Of a stretch of DNA of 60,848 nt, positions 20,686 through 30,457 are shown piece by piece. The DNA comes from an uncultured virus (IMG/VR IMGVR_UViG_3300047320_000352) (lineage: Duplodnaviria; Heunggongvirae; Uroviricota; Caudoviricetes): the IMG/VR virus record IMGVR_UViG_3300047320_000352, one strand, 5' to 3'. The number at the start of each line of letters is the position of its first letter. Positions within the stretch are counted from its first letter, which is position 1. Both the position numbers and the translations under genes were made by a program. The notes beneath the pieces are model-generated. The model saw nothing but the letters and a program-made list of their open reading frames with translations. It was not told the origin of the DNA and did no database searches.

Positions 20686-21942
20686 ATGTTCTTCCACATC
20701 ATGCTGGAAATCTTCGAACTGCTGCCGGTGCTGCTCATCATCTGCACAGCAGTCAACTTCCTGCTGCGCCTGCTCACGAAGGCCGCGCAACCGATGCGCG
20801 ACTACACCTACCAGCCGAAGGTCAGCGTGCTCGTGCCGGTCTACAACGAGGGCGAGAACATTCTCAACACACTCAACAGCATCATCAACGCCGACTGGCC
20901 TCGCGACAAGCTGGAAATCATCGCGTATGACGACTTCAGCAAGGACGAGTCGATGATGTACGTGCAGCAGATTGCGGACGCGCATCCGGGCCTGGTTCGG
21001 GTCGGCCGCAACCCGGTGAACTCGGGTAAGCACCTGACCGTGCTGAACGCATCCAAGCACGCTACGGGCGAGATTTTCATCGTCATCGACAGCGACTGCA
21101 TCTTCCACAAGGACGTTATCAAGGAACTCGTGGCGTGCTTCGGCGATGAACGTGTCGGTGCGGTCGGCGGCGCGGTGGGCATCACCAACGTGAACGACAA
21201 CATCTACACGATGGCGCAGGCCGTGACCTACTTCCGCAGCTTCCAGTTGGGCAAGCTCACGCAGATTCTACAGGGTGGCGTCAGCTGCATCAGCGGGTGC
21301 CTGTTCTCGGTGCGCGCCTCCGTCTATCGCGACATCGAGGACGACATCAAGAATCTGAACTTCCTGGGTGTCAAGGTCCGCGCCGGCGAAGACCGGTACA
21401 TGACGCACACCATCATGCTGCGCGGCTGGCGTACCCTCATTAACCCGAACGCTATCTGCTGGACGTCGGTGCCCAACAAGTTCGACGTGCTGTTCAAGCA
21501 GCAACTTCGCTGGTCGCGCTCGGCGCTGCGTGATGCGATGTGGACGCTGGTGACGCTGCGCAAGAACTTCGAAGTCGTGGGTGTCAACCGGACCCTGACG
21601 TGGCTCATGCCTTATGTGCTGGCCATCCTCGTGACTTTCTTCGCACTGAGCTGCGTAAAGGTCTATGGCCCCGGCGTGTTCTGGAAGGGCGCCTGCTTCG
21701 GCCTGATTTACGGTGCCGTGACCTCCATCATGTCCGCGTTGGCCTACAACTACTATGCGCCGCGCCTGATGCCGGGCTCGAAGAAAATCAGTACCGTACT
21801 GGCGGTGGGTCTGTTCCAGGCCTGGGGCCTGATTTCTCTGATGCTGCACTTCATGGCACTGTTTTCGTTCGACCAGGACGCATGGGGCACGCGGGAGAAG
21901 GTAGCGACGCCCGAGCAGGAAGGTGCCACTTCTGCCAATTGA
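20686..21942 (+). CDS. Processive GT2 glycosyltransferase (hyaluronan/chitin synthase, NodC-like)
   Basis: DDFSKD, DSD, ISGC, GEDRYMT and QQLRW motifs; TM helices. Confidence 0.9.
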   Translation: MFFHIMLEIFELLPVLLIICTAVNFLLRLLTKAAQPMRDYTYQPKVSVLVPVYNEGENILNTLNSIINADWPRDKLEIIAYDDFSKDESMMYVQQIADAHPGLVRVGRNPVNSGKHLTVLNASKHATGEIFIVIDSDCIFHKDVIKELVACFGDERVGAVGGAVGITNVNDNIYTMAQAVTYFRSFQLGKLTQILQGGVSCISGCLFSVRASVYRDIEDDIKNLNFLGVKVRAGEDRYMTHTIMLRGWRTLINPNAICWTSVPNKFDVLFKQQLRWSRSALRDAMWTLVTLRKNFEVVGVNRTLTWLMPYVLAILVTFFALSCVKVYGPGVFWKGACFGLIYGAVTSIMSALAYNYYAPRLMPGSKKISTVLAVGLFQAWGLISLMLHFMALFSFDQDAWGTREKVATPEQEGATSAN

Positions 21943-22054
21943 AAAACGGGCTGTTAACTTACGCGTTATTTGCGATAAAGAACCTTTCTGTGGTATAATG
22001 CTACTCATCAGTTAAGGTTCAGCCGTTTCCACAACACTATTTGCCGAGAAAATC

Positions 22055-23164
22055 ATGAATACCCGTATCGCTTCTGCTGGTGGCTTTTTTGCCCGTTTTC
22101 AGATGTCAAATTATCAGAGCGGTCTGCTGAAGAGCTATCGCTGGTTCGCCGTCATCATCCTGACCACCATCCTCGTGTGTGCGGCGGGCTACGGTATCTC
22201 GATGCTCACGTTCGTGGTCAACTCGAGCTGGGTCGCGCCGGTTATCCTGAGCAAGTCCGACCCTCACGTCGCGCAGCTCGCAGCCCAGGTGTTCCAGGCC
22301 AAACAGAACTACGACCAGATGAAGGGCGAACTGGATAGCGCGGAACAGGCGCGCAACCTGCTGCAAACCCAGAAAGACTGGCTCTCGGGCATCATCGCCC
22401 GCTACGAGCACTCGCTGGGCGACGAGCAGAACGCCAATGCGCAGTTTAACGGCCAGCTGCAAAAGCTGGTCTCTGAGCGCAAGGCAATCAATGCCCGCTC
22501 GGCGCAACTGGTGGCGGCGAACCGTCAGGTGTCGGACGGCATCGACCAGTCGCTCAAGGCCGGTCTGGTGACTGCGGTGACGGCAACGCAGGCTCGGGCA
22601 GGGCTGGTGTCGGCCGAGCAGGCATTGGCGGACAGCAAGGTGGCCGTGGCGACGATTGACAACCAGATTTCACAGCTGACGCGGGGCGTGCAGTCCCTCG
22701 GCGGTGGCAATAGCTCGCCGGAAGCCATGCAAAGCCTCGCCCAGGTCAGTATCCTTAAGCAGGAACTGAATGAAACGAACCTGAAGCTCGTGCAACTGAA
22801 TGCCGACGTGAAGGTTAAGACCAAGGAAGCTATCGAACTGGAGTCGATGCTCAACGGCCTCAAGGCCAGCCCGTACTACATGGCAGCCTACGGCGACAAG
22901 GACATCCGTCGCTTCGCGTTCGTGCCGTACGACAACGAAGAATCTGCACATATCGGCGCTCCGGTGTACTCGTGCAAGGCTGAAATCGTGCTGTGCTTCA
23001 AGGTGGGCCGTGTGAAGGCGATTACGAAGGACGAAGAACACGCACAACACCCGCTGTTCAGCACGCAACTGCGCGGCGTCCTGGTTGAACTGGACCTCGA
23101 CGACAGCAAGGCAGCCAAGGACCAGGTTCTGTTCGTCGGTCACAGCCCCTTCTACATCCTCTGA
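22055..23164 (+). CDS. Membrane-anchored coiled-coil protein (membrane-fusion/adaptor-like)
   Basis: N-terminal TM, long coiled coil, C-terminal beta domain. Confidence 0.6.
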   Translation: MNTRIASAGGFFARFQMSNYQSGLLKSYRWFAVIILTTILVCAAGYGISMLTFVVNSSWVAPVILSKSDPHVAQLAAQVFQAKQNYDQMKGELDSAEQARNLLQTQKDWLSGIIARYEHSLGDEQNANAQFNGQLQKLVSERKAINARSAQLVAANRQVSDGIDQSLKAGLVTAVTATQARAGLVSAEQALADSKVAVATIDNQISQLTRGVQSLGGGNSSPEAMQSLAQVSILKQELNETNLKLVQLNADVKVKTKEAIELESMLNGLKASPYYMAAYGDKDIRRFAFVPYDNEESAHIGAPVYSCKAEIVLCFKVGRVKAITKDEEHAQHPLFSTQLRGVLVELDLDDSKAAKDQVLFVGHSPFYIL

Positions 23165-23356
23165 TTCTCCAAAGCCGGCCGGGGCCAACGCTCTGGCCGG
23201 TTTGTCTTTTTGGCCTATCGAAACAACAGGCCAAACGTATAACATAAAACACGTTTCAAGCACGCAAATGCGTTGCTGTGCAAGCTGTTTTCTGTTATAA
23301 TGAAGTCATTAGTAGTTCATCACGAATAACATTAAACGCCGATACGAGGTAGGACC

Positions 23357-24424
23357 ATGCAACCCAAGTACAAGACGCTCGCCGTCGCAGTGGCGCTCGC
23401 TGCCCTCTCGACCTCCAGTTTTGCCGATGAATCCGACGCCTTCTGCAATCTGACGCAGGCTCAGGCGGAAGTGCAGAAGCAGTTGCTGGGCTCGGCTCAG
23501 ATGTTTGCTACGACCGGCAACCCTGCAACGGGCAACAGCAGCACGGTTACAGTGGGCTTCAGCAAGTCCCTGTCGAAGCAGCTGCAGGCCAAGACGACGG
23601 GTGAACTGGCGGATGCAACCTGCGACTCGTATCGCGCGGACCGTAAGCTCGCAGAGCAGGCGCAAAACGTCGAGCAGCGCGGCAACCTCCATGCGTTCGA
23701 GGCGATGGAGCCTCTGCTGCGTCAGGCGCTCGATACAGCAAGCGCCAACGTGGCAACGGAAGAAGCCAAGCTGCGCGCCCATACGGCGACGCTTGCCGAC
23801 GTCAAGGCGGCCTATGACGCTCGTGACGTGGTGCGCAGCCTCCTGACGGCGCTCCAGCAAACCCGCAGCCGCATTGCAAACCAGTTGCCCGAAGCCGAAG
23901 TGCCGCTCGGCGGCCTGGTGCATGACGCAATCACGGCGCACGCTGCCGTGGCGAGCGAAACTGCCCATCTGGCCGCACAGTCGGCGTGGGATGTCTCCAT
24001 CGCGGCCGGCGCACAGACGGACCCAAGGAATGGCGGGACAACCAAGCCGTTTGTCGGCCTCACGGTCACGTACAGCTTCGGCGCGGGCGCTGCGAATCGC
24101 GCGGCGAACACGGTGGCCGGGCTGTCCGAGAAGTATGAAAACGAACAACGCGATGGTCCGCTGCAGCAGTACATCCGGGCCAAGGAAACGGCGCACGGCC
24201 TGATTCAGGCGGAAGAGGGCGTCCTCCAGGGGCTGTATGAGCGCAAGACGCTGGCCGACAACACGGTCGACCGGCTGAAGGGTATCCAGACCGATGATGC
24301 GCAGCGCGCACTGCGTCAGGCGAACCTGGAGCAACTCGGCGTCCAGGCTCAAATCGCCGGTTCCGAAGCGCGGCTGGACTATCTGCGGCTCTGGATTGCT
24401 CGTAACGCGGACCCGCGAGGCTGA
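23357..24424 (+). CDS. Secreted helical protein, possibly TolC-like outer-membrane channel
   Basis: Signal peptide SFA; two beta-hairpin + long-helix repeats. Confidence 0.5.
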   Translation: MQPKYKTLAVAVALAALSTSSFADESDAFCNLTQAQAEVQKQLLGSAQMFATTGNPATGNSSTVTVGFSKSLSKQLQAKTTGELADATCDSYRADRKLAEQAQNVEQRGNLHAFEAMEPLLRQALDTASANVATEEAKLRAHTATLADVKAAYDARDVVRSLLTALQQTRSRIANQLPEAEVPLGGLVHDAITAHAAVASETAHLAAQSAWDVSIAAGAQTDPRNGGTTKPFVGLTVTYSFGAGAANRAANTVAGLSEKYENEQRDGPLQQYIRAKETAHGLIQAEEGVLQGLYERKTLADNTVDRLKGIQTDDAQRALRQANLEQLGVQAQIAGSEARLDYLRLWIARNADPRG

Positions 24425-24639
24425 CCTGAAGCCTGTCGACTAGCCAGGCGCCAGTGCGAGTTCACGTATTGCGCATTTAACGATATACCATAGTAATTAG
24501 GCCTTCTTTCTGTTCCTGTTATGTTTGTTTTGTGCTATAATGGGAACCATGCACTGATTAGTTCTACTTGCCGGTAGCAGTGCTCGAAAACCACATCATT
24601 GCCAGCGCAGCTGGTACAAATTCTACGGGACGTTAGAAA

Positions 24640-25938
24640 ATGAACAAGACTTCGCAAATCGCTATCATCGGCCTCGGTTATGTCGGCGCACCGCTCGCGC
24701 TGGAGCTGGCCAAGCACAACAACGTTATCGGTTTCGACATCAACGTCGAACGCGTCACGGAACTGAGCCAGGGGCACGACCGTACTCGCGAAATGGCGAG
24801 CGACGAGCTCATGGGCCTGCTCGCAGACAAGCGCCTGATGCTGACGGCCGACGTCGAGAACCTGCGCGAAGCTGACATTTTCATCGTGACCGTCCCGACT
24901 CCGGTGAGCGATGCGAACGTGCCCGACATGGGCTGCGTGCTGGCGGCCACCCGCACGGTCGGCCAGGTGATGAAGAAGGGCGCCATCGTCGTCTACGAAA
25001 GCACGGTCTACCCTGGTGCGACGGAGGACGAATGCCTGCCGGTCCTGAAAAAGGTCTCGGGCTACGAATACCCGCAAGAATTTGCAATCGGCTACTCGCC
25101 GGAGCGTATCAATCCGGGTGACCAGGTGCACCGCCTGACGAACACGACCAAGATTGTCTCGGGCGACCGTCCGGAAGTGCTCGAAACCCTGGCTGCCCTG
25201 TACGGCTCGATTACGAACATCCACCGCGCGCCGGCCATCAAGGTCGCAGAAAGCGCGAAGGTGCTCGAAAACGTGCAGCGTGACGTCAATATCGCGCTCA
25301 TGAACGAGGCGTACCAGATTTTCAATCACTGCGGCGTGGATACGCACGACGTGCTGGCGGCAGCGGGCACGAAGTGGAACTTCTTGAAGTTCGAACCGGG
25401 TCTGGTGGGCGGCCACTGCATTTCGGTGGACCCGCACTACCTGAGCCACAAGGCCGCAACCGAAGGCTTCCAGGCCAAGCTCATCATGGCTTCGCGTGCA
25501 ACGAACGACGCAATGCCCGCGTTCATCGTCGACCAGCTGGTCAAGAAGATGGTCAAGACGGTCGGGCTGAACCGCGACACGGTCGTGACCGTGCTCGGCG
25601 CGACATTCAAGGAAAACGTGCCGGACGTGCGCAACTCGAAGGTCGCGGACATCTGCGAAGAACTCGGCAAGTACGGTGTGAAGGTGCAGGTCGTTGACCC
25701 GCTGGCCAACCAGACCGAGGTCGAGCACGAGCTGGGGCTGACGATGGTTTCGCTGGCAGATGCGCAAGCGAACCCGGCCGACGCGGTGATTCTCGCTGTG
25801 CCGCATCAGGACTTCATCGCCGACGGCGGCTGGTCGCTCATGGAAAGCCTCGCCAAGCCGGAACTGGCGCTGGTGATGGACTTCAAGGCGAAGCTGAACG
25901 CCGAAAACGCTCCGGCTCACCTGCACGTCTGCCGCTAA
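24640..25938 (+). CDS. UDP-N-acetylhexosamine 6-dehydrogenase (WbpO/TviB/CapL type)
   Basis: GLGYVG, YESTVYPG, YSPERINPGD, GGHCI, FKENVPDVRNS motifs. Confidence 0.95.
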   Translation: MNKTSQIAIIGLGYVGAPLALELAKHNNVIGFDINVERVTELSQGHDRTREMASDELMGLLADKRLMLTADVENLREADIFIVTVPTPVSDANVPDMGCVLAATRTVGQVMKKGAIVVYESTVYPGATEDECLPVLKKVSGYEYPQEFAIGYSPERINPGDQVHRLTNTTKIVSGDRPEVLETLAALYGSITNIHRAPAIKVAESAKVLENVQRDVNIALMNEAYQIFNHCGVDTHDVLAAAGTKWNFLKFEPGLVGGHCISVDPHYLSHKAATEGFQAKLIMASRATNDAMPAFIVDQLVKKMVKTVGLNRDTVVTVLGATFKENVPDVRNSKVADICEELGKYGVKVQVVDPLANQTEVEHELGLTMVSLADAQANPADAVILAVPHQDFIADGGWSLMESLAKPELALVMDFKAKLNAENAPAHLHVCR

Positions 25939-26080
25939 TCGCGCAGCCACAACCCCTTTCTATCGGCAGCTGGAGTGTCCCCTCCGGCATTTTATAGCCC
26001 GGCCAAGTGCCGGGCTTTTTTTGCGAACATGAAAAAAGCCGCAGCGAACTGCGGCTCGAGAGGTTTGAGACGGGTAGTGC

Positions 26081-26377
26081 TTAGACCGGCAAGGCATTCT
26101 CGACGGGGGAATCCTCAACGAGCCAGCCGGGAAGACCAGCACGCATGCAGGCAGCCGCGGACGCGCCACTTGGGCCATCGTCAGGCACCACTTCTACCAG
26201 TTTGACGTCGGCGGGGGCAGGAGTCGACCAGGTCTCCATGTAGTCACGCGCGTCAGCTTCGGAAGGGAAGGTGACTGCCGAGGGCTGACCCGCAGCATCC
26301 AGGTTCGTCCAGAAGCCCAGACCGAAACACTCACCCAGGAACACGCCATTCTCTTTGCTATAAATGACCACAGCCAT
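26081..26377 (-). CDS. Hypothetical protein
   Basis: GGAG RBS; ORF divergent from the prs-like gene. Confidence 0.7.
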   Translation of the reverse strand: MAVVIYSKENGVFLGECFGLGFWTNLDAAGQPSAVTFPSEADARDYMETWSTPAPADVKLVEVVPDDGPSGASAAACMRAGLPGWLVEDSPVENALPV

Positions 26378-26498
26378 TGCATTTCTCCAGTTTTGTCCAC
26401 GAATTTTACAAGGTACTCACGCAGTATAGGGTTCGCCTGGCGCAAACCCGGGCACCCAGAGAAAGTGTTCGCATCATCCGCTTGACCGGCGACTATAC

Positions 26499-26519
26499 TT
26501 AGATGTAAAATGCGATTAA
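26499..26519. promoter_or_regulatory. Putative NrtR operator (21-bp palindrome)
   Basis: TTAGATGTA-AAA-TGCGATTAA overlapping -10 TATACT. Confidence 0.75.
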
Positions 26520-26551
26520 CGATTAACAATCAACCAACAAAAACCATCACC

Positions 26552-27430
26552 ATGAACCACATTGCACTGCACTCGTTCACCGCCGAAGGCGACATGACCA
26601 GCTACCCGGACATCCAGTTCATGTCGTTCCCGGGTGGCGAGCGCCACGCCCGTCTGCCGGTTGACGACATCCTGCTCGCAGGCCCGGTGTCCTTCTGGAG
26701 CATCGAAGCGCGCGTATACACGCCGGCTGACATCATGGACCTGATGCTCGTCACGGACGCACTGCGCCGGGTGATTCCCGCAGGCAGCATACTGAAGCTC
26801 GTGATGCCCTACGTGCCGTACGCCCGCCAGGACCGTGTGGCCGTGGACGGCGAGCCGCTCTCGATTGCGGTCTTCTGCAACCTCATCAATGCCCTGGCCT
26901 TCGACCAGGTCGAAATCTGGGACCCGCACAGCGACGTGACGCCCGCGCTCATCAAGAATGTGCGCATCCGTCCGACGCGCGACCTGATGTTTGCTGCGTT
27001 CGGCATGAAGGGCGGGGCAAGCCTGCTGCGCGACTGCGCGTTCGTCGCCCCCGACGCTGGCGCCCGCAAGCGTGTCTCGACGCTCGCCAAGATGTTCAAC
27101 ACCGACGTTGTGTTCGCCGACAAGAAGCGCGACCCGGTAACGGGCAAGCTCTCGGGCGCGCAGGTACAGGGCGATGTGCCCGCGAAGCCGCTGCTCGTGG
27201 TCGATGACATCTGTGACGGTGGCGGCACCTTCATTGAACTGGCCCGCGTGCTGCGCGAAAAGACGGACCAGCCGCTGTACCTCTATGTCACGCACGGCCT
27301 GTTCACGAAAGGCCTGGAGCCGCTCAAGGCCGCCTACGCTGGCGTGTTCTCGGCGAACTGCCGTGATGCAGAAATCGCGAGCCAGCTCGGGATTTTCGAA
27401 TCGGCTGAACTCGAAGGCGTGAGTTCCTGA
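26552..27430 (+). CDS. Prs-like pyrophosphokinase, probable ADP-ribose pyrophosphokinase (Adps of NARP1)
   Basis: FPGGE, PYVPYARQDR, DPHS, APDAGA, VDDICDGGGTF motifs; short phage-type Prs next to Nampt. Confidence 0.88.
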   Translation: MNHIALHSFTAEGDMTSYPDIQFMSFPGGERHARLPVDDILLAGPVSFWSIEARVYTPADIMDLMLVTDALRRVIPAGSILKLVMPYVPYARQDRVAVDGEPLSIAVFCNLINALAFDQVEIWDPHSDVTPALIKNVRIRPTRDLMFAAFGMKGGASLLRDCAFVAPDAGARKRVSTLAKMFNTDVVFADKKRDPVTGKLSGAQVQGDVPAKPLLVVDDICDGGGTFIELARVLREKTDQPLYLYVTHGLFTKGLEPLKAAYAGVFSANCRDAEIASQLGIFESAELEGVSS

Positions 27431-27501
27431 CCAAAAGTCTTTGACAAAATCGCATAGTATGAAATACGATTTTCGACTTCACAAGTCACCCAATCATTAG
27501 C

Positions 27502-28428
27502 ATGCCCGAATCGGTGTTGTCCGGCCCCAGCTACGTTTACGCACTCTGTGACCCGCGCAAGCCACTTGATGACGCGAGAGGGTTGCCTTACGAGCCGTTC
27601 TACATTGGGAAAGGTTCTGAGCGGCGAGTGTTTGCTCACTTTCGGAACGGAGTCTACCAGAACACATACAACCCTCATAAGACGAGGAAGTTGAAGCGAA
27701 TCCGAGCAGAGTGTGGTCGAGATGCCTTGATAGTGTTTATTCGTGACGGCCTGACCGACGCTGCAGCATATGAACTGGAGGCTGTCCTCGTCGGCCAATG
27801 GGGCCGTCTGAACGATGGTACTGGCGTATTAACAAACGTGACAGCGGGCGGCACTGTTTTGAGCGAAAAGGCGTACGCGCCCGAAGTTATTCGAAAAGTT
27901 GCAGCGAGCCGGAAGGGAATACCGCTGACTGAGCAGCATAAGGAAAGCATCCGACGAAGGGCTATCGGTCGTCGGCCTTCTGATGAGACGAAAGAGAAGA
28001 TTCGCATGGCGCGCCTGACGCGCGCGGTACCGGTCTCCGACGAGACGCGGGAGAAATTGCGAGTGGTGCATTCGGGCAAGCCTAAGCCTGTGGGCTTCGG
28101 GCAACGAGTGAGTGAAGCAAAGCAAGGCAAGCCCAGGCCCGACAACGTAGGCAGGCTGAGTAAGCCGGTTTCGATGTATGGTGTCGATGGTTTGCTCCTT
28201 GCGACATATCCGAGTGCTCGCATTGCGTGGGATGTTACTGGCGTCGACTACAAGGCTATCAGTGCTTGTTGTACCGGAGCTCAAAAAACCTGCTGGAAGG
28301 CCGACAAGTTGGTCACCTTCAGATTCGGGGCGGCGGACGAAATTGAACAATTGAAATTGGCCAGCCGGGGTCGCCATGTTTGCCGGGCTCCAAGAATTGT
28401 CTCAAAGAAGAGGCTGGAGCCACTTTAG
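27502..28428 (+). CDS. Free-standing GIY-YIG homing endonuclease with NUMOD3-like repeats and C-terminal HTH
   Basis: YVYAL…PFYIGKG…R..H; repeated SDET(K/R)EK; lower GC. Confidence 0.85.
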   Translation: MPESVLSGPSYVYALCDPRKPLDDARGLPYEPFYIGKGSERRVFAHFRNGVYQNTYNPHKTRKLKRIRAECGRDALIVFIRDGLTDAAAYELEAVLVGQWGRLNDGTGVLTNVTAGGTVLSEKAYAPEVIRKVAASRKGIPLTEQHKESIRRRAIGRRPSDETKEKIRMARLTRAVPVSDETREKLRVVHSGKPKPVGFGQRVSEAKQGKPRPDNVGRLSKPVSMYGVDGLLLATYPSARIAWDVTGVDYKAISACCTGAQKTCWKADKLVTFRFGAADEIEQLKLASRGRHVCRAPRIVSKKRLEPL

Positions 28429-28521
28429 AGATTGAGCCCTAGCCGCCAAGGCTAGCTGTCCCGCATAACGCACGGCCGCAACCTTCGAATTGCGACGCAG
28501 AAGTCAAATGCACAAAACTGT

Positions 28522-28549
28522 TTGACATAGAAAGCTTTTGTGCTATACT
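28522..28549 (+). promoter_or_regulatory. Sigma70 promoter of the nadV-like gene
   Basis: TTGACA-16 nt-TATACT with TG extension. Confidence 0.8.
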
Positions 28550-28569
28550 TAATCGTAAGTCGCAACTAA
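28549..28569. promoter_or_regulatory. Putative NrtR operator
   Basis: TTAATCGTA-AGT-CGCAACTAA. Confidence 0.75.
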
Positions 28570-28607
28570 CACCTAATACCGCGTAAAACTCAAGAAGGAT
28601 TTTAACC

Positions 28608-30329
28608 ATGAATGCACCGCACGCACCCGCCGCAATCCCCGCCGCCCTCAAGAACGGCACCATCCCCATGAATCTCGCGGATTTTTATAAAACCGGGCAC
28701 CCTGGCATGTACCCGACGGAAACGAAGACGCTGGTGGCAACGTTCACGCCGCGCGGCGACAAGTACGCGCCGGTGCGCAACTCGCCGTTCTACGACAAAA
28801 AGGTGGTGTGGCACGGCCTGAAGGGCTTCATCAAGGAGTTCCTCATCGACAAGTTCAACGCCGACTTCTTCACGATGTCGAAGGAGCAGGCGGTCCGCAA
28901 GTTCAAGCGCCGCGTGGACTCGGCCCTGGGCGCGGGCAAGGTCGCGATGACGCAAATCGGAAAGCTGCACGACCTGGGCTATCTGCCGCTGGAAATCCGT
29001 TCGCTGCCCGAGGGCAGTCGTGTGAATATCAAAGTTCCTCCGGTGGTCTTTATCAATACAAATGATGCCTTTGCTTGGGTCTCGACCTACTTCGAAACCC
29101 TTTTCAGCACGGAAATGTGGAAGCCTTCGACGGTCGCCACCATCGCATTCGAATTCCGCAAAATTCTCACGTATTTCGCCAAGCTGACGGGCTCGCCGCT
29201 GGACTTCGTCAGCTGGCAGGGCCACGACTTCTCGATGCGCGGCATGAGCGGCGTACACGACGCAGCACGCAGCGGCAGCGGCCACCTGCTTTCGTTCTGG
29301 GGCACGGATACCATTCCGGCCATCGACTACATCGAAGACTACTACGGCGCCGACTCAGACGCGGAGCTCATCGGCGGCTCGGTGCCGGCGACCGAACACA
29401 GCGTCATGACGCTGCGCATCCTGCTCGTCACGCAACGCCTGCAGCGCGACCCGGCGAATGCGGGTATGGACGGAAAGGCACTGCGCAAGATGGCCGAATT
29501 TGAGGTCGTCCGTGAACTCATCGCCGACCTGGTCCCCACGGGCATCATCAGCATCGTAGCGGACAGCTTCGACTACTGGAACGTCATCACGGACATCCTG
29601 CCGCGCCTGAAGGACGTTATCAAGGCACGCAAGCCGGACGAGCTGGGCAATGCCAAGGTCGTCGCGCGTCCGGATAGTGGCGACCCGGTCAAGATTCTGA
29701 CGGGCTACCTCAACAAGGAACTGGTCTGCGATGCTGCGGGTACGCCGGTGTTCAGCGAAGGCCGCTACACGGCGCTGGACGGCACGCGTATCACCGAAGC
29801 AGAGCGCAAGGGTTCGGTGGCATGCCTGTGGGATTCGTTCGGCGGCACCATCACGAGCACCGGCCACAAGCTGCTCGACCCGCACATCGGCCTCATCTAC
29901 GGCGACTCGATTACGCTGGACCGCGCAATCGCCATCCTGTCGCGCCTGGCTGCCAATGGTTTCGCCTCGGGCAACGTCGTGTTCGGCATCGGCTCATTTA
30001 CGTACCAGATGCTGTCGCGGGACTCGTTCGCCTGGGCAATGAAGGCGCAATACGCAGAAGTCGGCGACGAAGTTGTCGAAATCTACAAGGACCCGGCAAC
30101 GGACGACGGCACCAAGAAGTCGGCGGTCGGTCTGCTGCGTGTCGAGAAGGAAGGTGATGACTTCGTGCTCTACGACCGTCAGACGCGCGAACAGTCCGAC
30201 CAGGGCGAACTGAAGCCGGTCTTCCGCAACAGCCAGCTGCTCGTCGATGAAAAGTGGGCTGTCATCCGCGAACGTCTGCTGTCCTCGTGGGTCTGCCCGG
30301 AACCGGGTACCGTCCAGTTCGCAGTCTGA
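28608..30329 (+). CDS. nadV: Nicotinamide phosphoribosyltransferase family (NadV; probable Namat of NARP1)
   Basis: DFYKTGH, HDFSMRG, GTDT, VPATEHS, RPDSGDP, IYGDSI, KDP.TD.GTKKS motifs. Confidence 0.92.
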   Translation: MNAPHAPAAIPAALKNGTIPMNLADFYKTGHPGMYPTETKTLVATFTPRGDKYAPVRNSPFYDKKVVWHGLKGFIKEFLIDKFNADFFTMSKEQAVRKFKRRVDSALGAGKVAMTQIGKLHDLGYLPLEIRSLPEGSRVNIKVPPVVFINTNDAFAWVSTYFETLFSTEMWKPSTVATIAFEFRKILTYFAKLTGSPLDFVSWQGHDFSMRGMSGVHDAARSGSGHLLSFWGTDTIPAIDYIEDYYGADSDAELIGGSVPATEHSVMTLRILLVTQRLQRDPANAGMDGKALRKMAEFEVVRELIADLVPTGIISIVADSFDYWNVITDILPRLKDVIKARKPDELGNAKVVARPDSGDPVKILTGYLNKELVCDAAGTPVFSEGRYTALDGTRITEAERKGSVACLWDSFGGTITSTGHKLLDPHIGLIYGDSITLDRAIAILSRLAANGFASGNVVFGIGSFTYQMLSRDSFAWAMKAQYAEVGDEVVEIYKDPATDDGTKKSAVGLLRVEKEGDDFVLYDRQTREQSDQGELKPVFRNSQLLVDEKWAVIRERLLSSWVCPEPGTVQFAV

Positions 30330-30337
30330 GCGGCGAG

Positions 30338-30362
30338 CCCCCGCCCAGCGGGGGTTTTCTTT
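30338..30362 (+). terminator. Intrinsic terminator
   Basis: CCCCGC-CCA-GCGGGG followed by TTTTCTTT. Confidence 0.7.
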
Positions 30363-30398
30363 GCGCAATAACTCACGGCACGAGCCATGTCGCAATCG

Positions 30399-30419
30399 TT
30401 AATCGCAATTTACGACAAA
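30399..30419. promoter_or_regulatory. Putative NrtR operator (autoregulatory)
   Basis: TTAATCGCA-ATT-TACGACAAA just upstream of TGATATACT. Confidence 0.7.
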
Positions 30420-30457
30420 GTATGATATACTGTGTAAACAGTATTCGAGAGGTCTCC

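Noticed and set aside
27431..28607. Group I intron carrying the HEG
   Set aside because: Flanking genes are intact with their own start and stop; intergenic gaps are too short for a ribozyme core
30427..30444. LexA SOS box in ATACTGT-GTAA-ACAGTAT
   Set aside because: Spacing is CTGT-N4-ACAG, not N8; it may still bind another regulator
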